From Candidatus Brocadia sp. (GTDB lineage Bacteria > Planctomycetota > Brocadiia > Brocadiales > Brocadiaceae), in assembly GCA_040048245.1 (NCBI GenBank), contig JABRVT010000055.1:16975-80974 (forward strand): a DNA stretch of 64,000 nucleotides. Direction: 5' to 3'. Shown here piece after piece: positions 1 to 9,407 of the stretch. A model generated the notes under the pieces. The model had not been told where the DNA came from. It saw only the letters and a program-made list of their open reading frames with translations, and searched no databases. A program made the position numbers and the translations under genes. Each line of letters opens with the position of its first letter. The stretch's first letter is position 1.

Positions 1-407
1 CCAATACTCCCCATTCCCGTATCTACATACACATGTACATTGATAACCCTGTTAAAAGAACGCGCCCTTTTTGATAGTACCTCAGCAAGTTTTAAATCAT
101 AAACAGTGGGTATTAAGTGATAATGAATGACTGCATCGATTTGGTCTTCAAAGATACCACCCAAAAGCAATAACGGCGCTTTTATCCCCTTATCCCTTAA
201 CTGAATACCTTCTTCAAGAATGGCTATGCCCAGCATTTCGATTCCGTGATTTAACAAGACCCTGCTAACCTCGTAGTCGCCGTGTCCGTAAGCATCAGCC
301 TTGACAATACCCAGAATTTTTACCTGTGGTCCGATCCTTTTCTTTATGGCCAGCAAATTATGTCTCAATGCGTTCAGATCAATTTCAACCCACGTCGGTC
401 TATGCAT
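1..407 (-). CDS. alr: Alanine racemase (5' part; runs off the window edge)
   Basis: Manual translation MHRPTWVEIDLNALRHN...GIVKADAYGHG contains the PLP-lysine motif VKADAYGHG; AAGGAG RBS upstream. Confidence 0.95.
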   Translation of the reverse strand, partial: MHRPTWVEIDLNALRHNLLAIKKRIGPQVKILGIVKADAYGHGDYEVSRVLLNHGIEMLGIAILEEGIQLRDKGIKAPLLLLGGIFEDQIDAVIHYHLIPTVYDLKLAEVLSKRARSFNRVINVHVYVDTGMGSI

Positions 408-430
408 AACTCTCCTTAAAAATCTTTAGC

Positions 431-506
431 AACCACAGATTTCGCAGATTACACAGATTTTTGGCTCTAAACTCATATTTTTATTTTCTGTGCAACCTGC
501 GGTTTC
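431..506. repeat. Imperfect inverted repeat built of (A)CACAGATT-like 9-mers; overlaps the bioF 3' end
   Basis: AACCACAGATTTCGCAGATTACACAGATT ... TTCTGTGCAACCTGCGGTT; related copies at ~42469-42515 and ~52255-52295. Confidence 0.7.
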
Positions 507-1642
507 AAAATATTTATCAATTTGTCTATATCATCTTCGGTATGAGTAGCCGTTAAGGAAATACGTAATCGGCTTGTACCCGGTGGTACCGTGGGTGGAC
601 GGATTGCAGGGATTAAAATGCCGTTTTCATAGAGTTTCATGGATAGACTGACTGCATCTTCAGGTGATCCGACAATAAGAGGAACAATAGGGCTTTCTAC
701 TGTGGCAGTATCTGTGAATTTTGATAGCTGAGACTTCAAATACCTGATATTTTTCCATAACTTATCAATAATGGACACATCTTCCTGAATAAGTGTTAAT
801 CCTGCCAGGGATGCAGCGCATACAGCAGGCGGCAGCGCCGTTGTATAGATAAAAGGTCGTGCCTTATTTTTTAGAAAATCGATGAGGTGCTTGTTTCCTG
901 CAATAAATCCGCCGATGCTGCCAATCGCCTTGCTGAAAGACCCCATAATAATATCGATTTTTCCTTCGAGACCATAGTGTTCGATCATGCCTTTCCCTTG
1001 TTTACCGAACACGCCCGTGGCATGGGCATCGTCTACCATAGTGATAGCATCGTATTTCCTGGCAATGTTTACAATCTCAGGCAGGGGAGCCGTATCACCA
1101 TCCATACTGAATACGCTGTCGGTGACTACTAATCTTCTCCGATACGGAGAAGATCTACGGAGTAAAGACTCTAACTGGCTCATATCATTATGCGGATAAA
1201 CACGAAACGTTGCACCTGATTGCCGACAGCCATCAATAATACTTGCATGATTCAGTTTGTCGCCAATGACAATGTCTCCTTTTGAGACAAGAGCACAGAG
1301 AGCACCTAAATTGGCCATATAACCTGTCGGAAACAGAAGCGCTGCCTCTGTACCTTTGAACTCCGCAATTTTCTTTTCAAGCTCCTGGTGGAGTGTCATA
1401 TTTCCGGAAACCAGTCGCGACGCACCGGCGCCCCATCCGTATTGATGAATGGCCTCAATGGCGGCTTGTTTTATCTTTCGGTGATTGGCGAGTCCGAGGT
1501 AGTTATTGGAACAGAATGACAGATAAGATTTACCGTTTATTTGAATATAGTGGTCTTGCGCGCTTTCAATGGTTCTGTATTCGCGCAGCAATGCCCTATC
1601 TTTCAACGTATTTAATTCATCCAAAATAAATTCTATCCCCAT
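473..1642 (-). CDS. bioF: 8-amino-7-oxononanoate synthase
   Basis: SNNYLGL, GAGASRLVSG, DKLNHASIIDG, DDAHATG and the PLP-Lys region GSFSKAIG; IRPPTVP; bioB nearby. Confidence 0.93.
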   Translation of the reverse strand: MGIEFILDELNTLKDRALLREYRTIESAQDHYIQINGKSYLSFCSNNYLGLANHRKIKQAAIEAIHQYGWGAGASRLVSGNMTLHQELEKKIAEFKGTEAALLFPTGYMANLGALCALVSKGDIVIGDKLNHASIIDGCRQSGATFRVYPHNDMSQLESLLRRSSPYRRRLVVTDSVFSMDGDTAPLPEIVNIARKYDAITMVDDAHATGVFGKQGKGMIEHYGLEGKIDIIMGSFSKAIGSIGGFIAGNKHLIDFLKNKARPFIYTTALPPAVCAASLAGLTLIQEDVSIIDKLWKNIRYLKSQLSKFTDTATVESPIVPLIVGSPEDAVSLSMKLYENGILIPAIRPPTVPPGTSRLRISLTATHTEDDIDKLINILKPQVAQKIKI

Positions 1643-1739
1643 GGAATAAACGTTTTCTTGTTTTTATCCTGTAATACGACTATAATACGGCAGTAACAAT
1701 GTCTTTTATAAATTAGGCTGCCTTTGGCAGCGCCTTATA

Positions 1740-1865
1740 GTAGCGCTGGCTTCTAGCCTGCAATGAGAAACAGGTAAGGGCAAAAAATCTTTTGCCTCAA
1801 CTACCTACCCCGTTTATGGGGAACGGCCGGGATGGGGATACATGCAGGCAAGATGCCTGCGCTAC
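1740..1865. repeat. REP-like GTAGCGCWGGC...GCCTGCGCTAC element with a second palindromic element inside it
   Basis: Arms GTAGCGCTGGCTTCTAGCCTGC and GCAGGCAAGATGCCTGCGCTAC; shorter copies at 38351-38412 and 45452-45519. The inner CCCCGTTTATGGGGA...GGGATGGGG resembles 34260-34296. Confidence 0.75.
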
Positions 1866-2081
1866 ATCACAACAAATTAAAATTCTTGAACTTTTAATTA
1901 CGCCTTCGGCGACTTTTTCATGACACTAAGGTAGGCGTCAACTCCCGTTGGCGACCGGGCACATGCGCGTCGTTGCGAATTGCCGGTCGCCGTCAGGAGA
2001 TGGCTTCTACCAAAAACGTTGAAATTCCTGATCATGAACTTATAACACAAATGACTGTTTCTCTCTTCGGGGGAAATATTC

Positions 2082-2534
2082 ATGAAACCAATAAATCATT
2101 TTAATGTATCTCTTATTACCGGCGCCGTTACCTTTTTAACAACAAAGGCAATTTCCCCCAGTATTGCAACATTCTTAATCGGTTGGCTGCTGGATGTTGA
2201 TCATATATGGGATTTCTACAAAAACGGGTGCAGGCGTTTTAGTGTCAGAAGATTTTTGGATGCCATGGACAATGGTGAAATAAAGAAGGCTTATTTATAT
2301 TTCCACAGCTATGAACTTTTATTGATATTGATATCTCTGTGTTTCGTTACTCACTTTAATTATCTTTTATCCTTTACTACCCTGAGTTTCGCTATCCATC
2401 TATTTTTCGATCAGCTATTCAATCCCGTGCATCCTCTGACTTACTTTATCACATATAGAATCTTAAATAATTATAAAACAGAAATTATTTTTAGGGCAAA
2501 CCTTCATGAGCAAAAGGTGCGCGAAAGGGTATGA
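2082..2534 (+). CDS. Membrane protein, possible membrane-bound metal-dependent hydrolase
   Basis: 150 aa with hydrophobic segments and LDVDH, FHSYE and HLFFD motifs of the kind seen in YdjM/DUF457-like proteins. Confidence 0.55.
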   Translation: MKPINHFNVSLITGAVTFLTTKAISPSIATFLIGWLLDVDHIWDFYKNGCRRFSVRRFLDAMDNGEIKKAYLYFHSYELLLILISLCFVTHFNYLLSFTTLSFAIHLFFDQLFNPVHPLTYFITYRILNNYKTEIIFRANLHEQKVRERV

Positions 2535-2645
2535 AATGTAACGTCTATTTCTGTCATTCGACAAGAGAATTTATTTCGGGTCTTCGTTGCGAGTGCTCGG
2601 ACGAACAATTTCGATATTTGAATTAAAGAGACAAAGTCAGTGCTT

Positions 2646-3629
2646 TCAATTGTTTTGTAATTCCAATCCAAGGTCTTTTACCATCTGAAAGTCCTCTTCA
2701 ATTTTTCTTCCAGTTGTCGTTAAGTAGTTTCCAATCATCGTGCTGTTAGCACCTGCGTAAAACATCCATGATTGTAAGTCCCTAAGATTCCTTTCACGAC
2801 CGCCCGCTATCTTAATTTCTTTATCAGGTAAGACAAATCGAAATACAGCAATAATTTTTAGCGCTTCCATAGGGGTAAACGGAACGCTGTTTTCCAGTGG
2901 TGTACCGGATATCGGATGTAAAAAGTTGAGGGGGATAACATCTACATCCAGGTTTTTTAATGTAAATGCGAGATCGATACGGTCATCTATTCCTTCCCCA
3001 ATACCAAAAATTGCGCCGCTGCATATTTCCAATCCGGCTTCTTTTGCAATACGAATGGTATTCATTCGATCAGAAAACGTATGTGTTGAGCATACATTCG
3101 GAAAAAATCTTTCTGAAGTTTCTAGGTTATGGTTAAGCCGTTTCAGCCCGTATGTAGCCAAAAGTTCGGCCGTTTCTCTTGTCAATACCCCGAAGGAACC
3201 GTGGGGATGGATGCGTGTATTCGTAATAACTTCCTTAACTGCTGCACAAATTTTACCAATATCCCGTGTATTATTCACCCCATGTCCGCTGGTAACAATA
3301 CCAATGGAACCGGAACCTATTTGTTCGGCATATCTGGCAGCATCAAGTATTTTGTATGTATCAATGAACGGAAATTCTTCAATACCGGTGTGATAGCGAG
3401 CCGATTGGGAACAAAAACTACAATCTTCCGTACATCGTCCCTGTTTCGCACTTACGATGGAGCATGCCTTTACGGAACGGCCAAAATACCGCAAGCGTAT
3501 CTGATTAGCCCAATACAATACATCGTAAATTTCATCGCCGTCTGTCTGCATCAGATAAAGCGCATCATCACGACTGATCCACTCATTCTGCAGGGAACGG
3601 TTTGCGATTTCTTTTATTTTGTTATTCAT
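2646..3629 (-). CDS. bioB: Biotin synthase (radical SAM)
   Basis: CTEDCSFC radical-SAM motif, NHNLETS, CSGAIFGIGE, IPLNFL, IAGGRE. ATG start at 3629 preferred over the TTG at 3650. Confidence 0.95.
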   Translation of the reverse strand: MNNKIKEIANRSLQNEWISRDDALYLMQTDGDEIYDVLYWANQIRLRYFGRSVKACSIVSAKQGRCTEDCSFCSQSARYHTGIEEFPFIDTYKILDAARYAEQIGSGSIGIVTSGHGVNNTRDIGKICAAVKEVITNTRIHPHGSFGVLTRETAELLATYGLKRLNHNLETSERFFPNVCSTHTFSDRMNTIRIAKEAGLEICSGAIFGIGEGIDDRIDLAFTLKNLDVDVIPLNFLHPISGTPLENSVPFTPMEALKIIAVFRFVLPDKEIKIAGGRERNLRDLQSWMFYAGANSTMIGNYLTTTGRKIEEDFQMVKDLGLELQNN

Positions 3630-3668
3630 TACAAGGTAATCATTTAGCACACGAATGAACAGGAATTA

Positions 3669-4694
3669 TCACTTATTCTTATATTTCAGATAGGCATTCC
3701 GGACATTCTGCCAGACGACATCCGGACGTTCAGAACGGACATAGGTCATACAGTCTGCACCTTCAAAGCTCCACGTAGCGATATTGCGAATTCCTGAAGT
3801 GTACGCCACATCCACTGCGGTTACAATCTCCTCTTCTCTGTATGCAGGCACCCGATAACCCTGTATCCATATCTGTGGCTCTTTATTATACCTCTCAGAA
3901 AGGGTAAGTACCTCGCTGGAGATACGGTGTACAAAATCAGTTACGTCTTGCTGATAAGCATACCAATAAGGGTCGCTTCCAAAGATATGCATGTTTTTAA
4001 TCATGGCAACCTTTTCCCAATCATAAATACCATACCGTGGATCAGTTATCGGAAACAGACATACTGAATTCTTCAATCCCTTCTTTGCCGCCTCACTTGC
4101 CACGTATTCAAGAAAATTAACAATAGTCATTTGACGGAATGCCTTTACATCATCAGTAAAATCCATGGGCATCTCATAGCCGTACTGCTGTTTGAAAATA
4201 TCTTTACAAATTTCACAGGTACACCCCCAGATATCCCTCTTTTTGCCCCCGAATAATGGAGCAAACTCTCCAAAAAACAGATGCGGTTCATCCCAGAATA
4301 CGCCTTCTGCACCAGTTTTTGCTGCAAGTTCAATCCATGACACCATAGTATCCCTGAATGTTTTCGAATTCAAACAAGCCTTATATACTTTTATTTCGCC
4401 CTCGGGAAAATTTAATTGTTGCCTGCAGTTGGGATACATTTTAACAAAGGAGGAAAATGACTCGCCACCAAATACACGTCCTATACCCCAGGGATCGAGG
4501 AATACCTCCAGCCCCGCCTCATGGCTTACCTTTACGATATCGACCATTGTACCCGCATGGTAGGTTATATCGTGTTCGCTCATGGTGTGAACGACAAAAT
4601 TACATCCGTCGCCTGTCATCTTTTTCATGTCTTCACGAACGTGACGTAATATCCTGTTTCCAAAATAACTTGCTCCAAGTTTCATGTTTTTCAT
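3669..4694 (-). CDS. Uncharacterised TIM-barrel, glycoside-hydrolase-like protein
   Basis: 341 aa; alternating beta/alpha pattern, FWDEPH acidic motif, CTCEIC metal-binding loop reminiscent of GH42/DUF187-like proteins. Confidence 0.5.
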   Translation of the reverse strand: MKNMKLGASYFGNRILRHVREDMKKMTGDGCNFVVHTMSEHDITYHAGTMVDIVKVSHEAGLEVFLDPWGIGRVFGGESFSSFVKMYPNCRQQLNFPEGEIKVYKACLNSKTFRDTMVSWIELAAKTGAEGVFWDEPHLFFGEFAPLFGGKKRDIWGCTCEICKDIFKQQYGYEMPMDFTDDVKAFRQMTIVNFLEYVASEAAKKGLKNSVCLFPITDPRYGIYDWEKVAMIKNMHIFGSDPYWYAYQQDVTDFVHRISSEVLTLSERYNKEPQIWIQGYRVPAYREEEIVTAVDVAYTSGIRNIATWSFEGADCMTYVRSERPDVVWQNVRNAYLKYKNK

Positions 4695-5121
4695 GTTATC
4701 CGCATCGAGGCTTTATGTCAAGAAAATCCGCCAATACAACGTTTTTTTTCTTGCCTGCTGTTGAATTAATTGCTAAGATAGCCGCAATTTGGTTGAGGCT
4801 CTGCCATGTGCGTGTTTGAGGTATTATTTTTAAGGACCTATACCAAATATCTTGGGAACCCGTCTTTGCTAGGAAACGTACATTCTCCAAAGAGAAAAGT
4901 ACAAATCTAACATAGGGTAAACCACCGTAAAATACGGGTCCAAAAGATAGCCTCACACGGCATTGCGGTGGAGCCTTAAATCCTATCATATGCATTTCAT
5001 CATAATTATTGCTTGTCTCAATTGACTAACGGATAATACCAAAAATAACATTATCCACAAATCTTATAACATCTTTAATTTACGTTATAAAATTATACAA
5101 TTTTTCAAATAAAAAGAATCA

Positions 5122-5147
5122 GGAACTTTATTTACAGTTTTATTGTT
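5122..5147 (+). promoter_or_regulatory. Candidate ECF (SigR/SigH-type) autoregulatory promoter
   Basis: GGAAC (5122-5126), 18 nt, GTT (5145-5147), ending 21 nt before the sigma ATG; matches the SigR consensus GGAAT-N18-GTT. Confidence 0.6.
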
Positions 5148-5168
5148 TAAAACGAAGGAAACTAAGCA

Positions 5169-5759
5169 ATGAGGGAAGAGAATAACAGAAGAAAGGAATT
5201 TGAAGAGATTGCGATGGCGCATATCGATTCCCTCTATAATATGGCTTTACGTCTGGTATTTAACAAGGAGGAAGCGGAAGACCTTGTTCAGGAAACATAT
5301 TTAAAAGCGTACCGGTTCTTTGATACCTTTCAAAAGGGGACAAATATAAAAGCGTGGCTTTTTAAAATTCTTCGAAACACCTTTATCAACAAGTATCGGA
5401 GAACGGCGAATATGCCGGGTGAAGTTTTTCTTGAAGATATTGAGTCAGTTAATACCAATATGGCCTATGAGCAGGAAGCCAAAACGGGGGAAGGAATCGA
5501 TACCCTGGAAAGCAAGTATACTGATCTGGGTAGTTTATTGGATGACGATGTAAAACGTGCAATCGACAGCTTACCGATTGAATACCGGGAAGCTATTTTA
5601 TTTTCAGATGTGGAAGAATTATCGTATAAGGACATTTCGGAAATTACAAACGTGCCGATCGGAACGGTAAAATCGAGACTGAATCGGGCCAGAAAGTTAC
5701 TCCAGAAAAGCCTGTGGGAATATGCTAAAGATAGAGGTTTTATTAAAAGGGGGAAATGA
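5169..5759 (+). CDS. ECF sigma-70 factor, SigR/SigH-like
   Basis: AEDLVQETYLKAY, GTNIKAWLFKILRNTFIN (region 2); region 4 LSYKDISEITNVPIGTVKSRLNRAR. Confidence 0.93.
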   Translation: MREENNRRKEFEEIAMAHIDSLYNMALRLVFNKEEAEDLVQETYLKAYRFFDTFQKGTNIKAWLFKILRNTFINKYRRTANMPGEVFLEDIESVNTNMAYEQEAKTGEGIDTLESKYTDLGSLLDDDVKRAIDSLPIEYREAILFSDVEELSYKDISEITNVPIGTVKSRLNRARKLLQKSLWEYAKDRGFIKRGK

Positions 5760-6589
5760 TGTCTTGCATTGAAGCTAATAAATACTTTCATGAGTTTATG
5801 GATAAGGAACTGGATAAATCTCTTTATCTTCTCGTTAAAAAGCATATCGAGCATTGTGATGTGTGTCATCAAAGGTACGAATTTGAAATGGGTATTCGGT
5901 CCCTCCTAAAGACATGCTGTATAAACACAACGGCGCCCGTATACCTCCGTGACAGGATTTGTGAAGGTCTTGGTTCTGTTGCTATGGATAATAAATATGC
6001 AGCCTCGGAAGATATTTACAAACAGAAGCCAACCACCATGCGCAAATTATTTTCGTCTCGTACCTATGCTATCGCAGCATCTGTCCTTATTTTAATAGCA
6101 GGGGGCATCCTTTATTACGCAAATTATTACGGAAACGATTTTAAAACTATTGTTGATGATGCGGTAAGAAATCATGTGGTGGCGGTAAATGACAATTTAG
6201 TATTTAACGAAAAGACCTCTGTTGTGGGTAATGTCAATAGGTATCTCGGGAACACTATAAATACCAACCTCGGCAATTCGTCTCCGGTATTCAACGCAGA
6301 AAAAATTGGTGTCATGGGAGGATCGCCTGTCAGATTTTACGGAACAAACAGTTCCTGTGTTATTTTTGACAGGGGGGGCAATAAATTGTCGCTCCAGATT
6401 ATACGCAATAGCCGCATTCCAATCAGAAATCTTGAAAAAGTCAAATTAGGTGCGAAAGAATTTTATCTTGGAAATCGTCAGGGATTTAATTCTGTGTTAT
6501 GGGAAGAGGAAGGCGTCACCTATTGCCTTACCTCAGATATTAATAAAAATGAAATCCTAAAAGTTGCATCGAGCCTTACTTCTCGCTGA
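5756..6589 (+). CDS. Zinc-binding (ZAS) anti-sigma factor with one transmembrane helix and an extracytoplasmic domain
   Basis: N-terminal Cys plus HIEHCDVC (HxxxCxxC); TM segment YAIAASVLILIAGGILYY; ATGA overlap with the sigma gene. Confidence 0.88.
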   Translation: MMSCIEANKYFHEFMDKELDKSLYLLVKKHIEHCDVCHQRYEFEMGIRSLLKTCCINTTAPVYLRDRICEGLGSVAMDNKYAASEDIYKQKPTTMRKLFSSRTYAIAASVLILIAGGILYYANYYGNDFKTIVDDAVRNHVVAVNDNLVFNEKTSVVGNVNRYLGNTINTNLGNSSPVFNAEKIGVMGGSPVRFYGTNSSCVIFDRGGNKLSLQIIRNSRIPIRNLEKVKLGAKEFYLGNRQGFNSVLWEEEGVTYCLTSDINKNEILKVASSLTSR

Positions 6590-6751
6590 AACTGTTTTTT
6601 TATGAGCACCAACGATGTAGAACACAATGCTTCCTATTTTGCCCAACATAAACAAATCACTCTTCTGTTATCCTCCGCCATTTGAAACACCCCTAAATTC
6701 TTCAAAATATCTCGACAATAAAAGATATGATATCCACGGGGAATTTCTGAA

Positions 6752-7381
6752 ATGAATTTTTATGACGTCACACTCACCATATCAGACACACTTGTCACAT
6801 GGCCCACTGACCCTGCTGTATCCATTCGAAAAACAGGTCTGATTTCCCATGGCAACTCGTGCAATGTATTAGAACTAAAGTTAGGGTCGCATTGCGGCAC
6901 CCACATTGACGCTCCCTATCACTTCGAAGAAAACGGTATCAAGATCGACCGGATTCCATTAGATTACCTCATAGGAAATGCAACGGTATTTGAGATAAAA
7001 AATAAAGAAAAGATTGATTTAGAGGATTTAAAATTATTACAATTAAGAAATTGCAAAAGGGTCATTTTTAAGACTGTTAACTCCACTTATTGGAAGCTTT
7101 CAGAATTTAAAAAAGATTTCGTTTATATCACAAAAGAAGCTGCCAGCTATTTAGCAGATTGCGATGTCAAGCTTGTAGGCATTGATTATCTCTCTGTCGA
7201 AAAATTTCAAAACAAGTATGCAGACACCCATCATGTACTTTTGGGAAAAGGTATCATTATCATCGAAGGGCTTGATCTGAGTAATGTAAAAGCAGGAGAC
7301 TATGAACTGATCGCTTTACCGCTAAAAATCAAGGATGGCGACGGGAGTCCGGCACGAGTGGTTTTGAAAAGTATAGCATAA
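6752..7381 (+). CDS. Cyclase family / kynurenine-formamidase-like metal hydrolase
   Basis: HCGTHIDAPYH motif, GIDYLS, IIEGL, GSPAR. Confidence 0.88.
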   Translation: MNFYDVTLTISDTLVTWPTDPAVSIRKTGLISHGNSCNVLELKLGSHCGTHIDAPYHFEENGIKIDRIPLDYLIGNATVFEIKNKEKIDLEDLKLLQLRNCKRVIFKTVNSTYWKLSEFKKDFVYITKEAASYLADCDVKLVGIDYLSVEKFQNKYADTHHVLLGKGIIIIEGLDLSNVKAGDYELIALPLKIKDGDGSPARVVLKSIA

Positions 7382-7426
7382 AACAAAATATAATAGATTT
7401 ACACAACAGGAGGAGGTACATATCCA

Positions 7427-7975
7427 GTGATTGAAATAAGGGTTCATGGACGCGGCGGACAAGGCTCTGTTACGGCGGCGGAATTATTGGGATTTGCAGC
7501 ACATAGCGACGGGAAATATGCACAGGCATTTCCGTCATTCGGATCAGAAAGAATGGGAGCGCCGGTCCAGGCTTTTGTCAGAATCAGTGACAAACCAATC
7601 CGTATCCGGAGTCAGGTGTATGAACCTGATTATGTAATCGTACAGGACCCCACTTTACTAGAAGTAATAAATGTCCTGGATGGGTTACAGGAAGATGGAT
7701 TGCTGCTCATAAATTCAAAGAAAAAGGCTACCGAACTCGGCATTAATACAAAGGTAAAGGTAAAAACGATCCCGGCCATGGAAATTGCCTTAGAGGTAAT
7801 TGGAAGACCAATTATGAATACAATCCTCCTGGGGGCATTTGCCGCTGCTACGGGAGAAATCAGCCTGGAAGGTATACAGAAGGCGATTCACCATAAGTTT
7901 CCAGGGTCAGTGGGAGAAAAAAATATTGCAGCAGTACTAAGGGCTTTTGATTTTATCAAAAAGGAGGCATTATGA
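7427..7975 (+). CDS. porC: Pyruvate/2-oxoacid:ferredoxin oxidoreductase gamma subunit
   Basis: EIRVHGRGGQG, SFGSERMGAPV, NTILLGA; AGGAGG RBS. Confidence 0.92.
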   Translation: MIEIRVHGRGGQGSVTAAELLGFAAHSDGKYAQAFPSFGSERMGAPVQAFVRISDKPIRIRSQVYEPDYVIVQDPTLLEVINVLDGLQEDGLLLINSKKKATELGINTKVKVKTIPAMEIALEVIGRPIMNTILLGAFAAATGEISLEGIQKAIHHKFPGSVGEKNIAAVLRAFDFIKKEAL

Positions 7976-8232
7976 GATTGGATTTAGGCGCCATTGCAAA
8001 GGCAGGTACCAGTAAGGCCAATCAGACCGGTGGCTGGAGGAATTTTAAGCCGATCTTCCATCAGGAAAAGTGCGTTGGTTGCGGCCTTTGCAAAATCTAT
8101 TGTCCCGAGGGTTGTGTTACCATGGTGGAAAAAAAGAAATATACGGTAGATTATACGTATTGTAAAGGCTGTGGAATATGTGCTGAAGAATGCTCTTCAG
8201 GCGATATCGAAATGGTCGTGGAGGAAAAGTAA
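7972..8232 (+). CDS. porD: Pyruvate/2-oxoacid:ferredoxin oxidoreductase delta subunit (2x[4Fe-4S])
   Basis: TGGWR..KP, CVGCGLCKIYCP, CKGCGICAEEC. Confidence 0.92.
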   Translation: MRLDLGAIAKAGTSKANQTGGWRNFKPIFHQEKCVGCGLCKIYCPEGCVTMVEKKKYTVDYTYCKGCGICAEECSSGDIEMVVEEK

Positions 8233-9407
8233 TGAGTACTACATTTATTGAAGGCTCAATCGCAGTAGCTAAAACTGTGGGCGTCTGCAGGCCACATGTG
8301 ATTTCAGCTTATCCTATTACGCCACAGACTCATATTGTGGAGCATCTTTCTGAATTGGTGGCTAATGGAGAACTTAAAACAGAATATGTCAATGTAGAGA
8401 GCGAACATTCGGCGGCATCCGTAGTCCTTGGAGCGAGTGCGACAGGGGCAAGGACATATACCGCTACAACCTCACAGGGGTTTTTGCTCATGATAGAGGT
8501 GCTTTACAATATCGCCGGCATGCGGCTTCCCGTCGTCATGACCTGTGTCAATCGGGCTGTGTCTGCCCCTATTAATATCTGGAATGACCAGCAGGATTCT
8601 ATGACAGCACGTGACAGCGGCTGGATACAGCTTTATGCAGAAGATAACCAGGAAGCAAGCGATATGCATTTACAAGCATTCAAGATCGCCGAGAATAAGG
8701 ACGTCATGCTTCCAGTTATGGTTTGTATGGATGGATTCGTCCTTACCCATTCATTTGAACCCATTGAACTTATCTCGCAGGAAAATGCCGATAAATTCCT
8801 GCCACCATTCAAACCCCAATATTACCTTACACCGAAAAATCCGCTCTCTATGGGTACAATGGTTGGTCCAGAAGCGTACATGGAAACGCGCTACTTTATT
8901 GAAAAAACGATGCGCACCACGTTACAGGTTATCGGTGATGTTGCAGCCGATTTCCATAACCAGTTCGGCCGTTTTCAGGGTGGGCTTATTGATACATACA
9001 AAGTTGAAGACGCCTCTTTGGTACTCGTGGCTATGGGCTCTATTATTGGGACACTGAAGGACGTTGTCGATGAGTTACGGACAAAGGGACAAAAAATTGG
9101 TATTCTCAAAGTCCGCTCATACCGGCCTTTCCCAAAGGATGAAATTTACAGGGCATTAAATCATGTAAAAGAGATTGCCGTGCTGGAGAAAGCTATTTCC
9201 CTGGGTTATGGCGGCATATTGGTAAACGAAATCAAGAGCGTATTCTACGGTAAACCTAAGACGCCAAAGATCAACGGATTTATTCTGGGTCTGGGTGGCC
9301 GGGATATCACCGTTGACACAATTCACCACGTCATTAAAGATACTGTAAAGGCTACGTTCGAAGAAAAATTTATTGGACTCAACGAGTCATTAATTGGGGG
9401 TAAATAA
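8232..9407 (+). CDS. porA: Pyruvate/2-oxoacid:ferredoxin oxidoreductase alpha subunit
   Basis: AYPITPQT, VESEHSA, TATTSQG, NRAVSAP; ATG overlaps the porD stop (TAATG). Confidence 0.93.
   Translation: MSTTFIEGSIAVAKTVGVCRPHVISAYPITPQTHIVEHLSELVANGELKTEYVNVESEHSAASVVLGASATGARTYTATTSQGFLLMIEVLYNIAGMRLPVVMTCVNRAVSAPINIWNDQQDSMTARDSGWIQLYAEDNQEASDMHLQAFKIAENKDVMLPVMVCMDGFVLTHSFEPIELISQENADKFLPPFKPQYYLTPKNPLSMGTMVGPEAYMETRYFIEKTMRTTLQVIGDVAADFHNQFGRFQGGLIDTYKVEDASLVLVAMGSIIGTLKDVVDELRTKGQKIGILKVRSYRPFPKDEIYRALNHVKEIAVLEKAISLGYGGILVNEIKSVFYGKPKTPKINGFILGLGGRDITVDTIHHVIKDTVKATFEEKFIGLNESLIGGK

Noticed and set aside
1643-2081. BirA operator or riboswitch upstream of bioF
   Set aside because: No convincing BirA palindrome or aptamer; the structure is explained by repeat elements.
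4696-4995. 99-aa minus-strand ORF upstream of the GH-like gene
   Set aside because: No recognisable motif or RBS, and it occupies a divergent promoter region.
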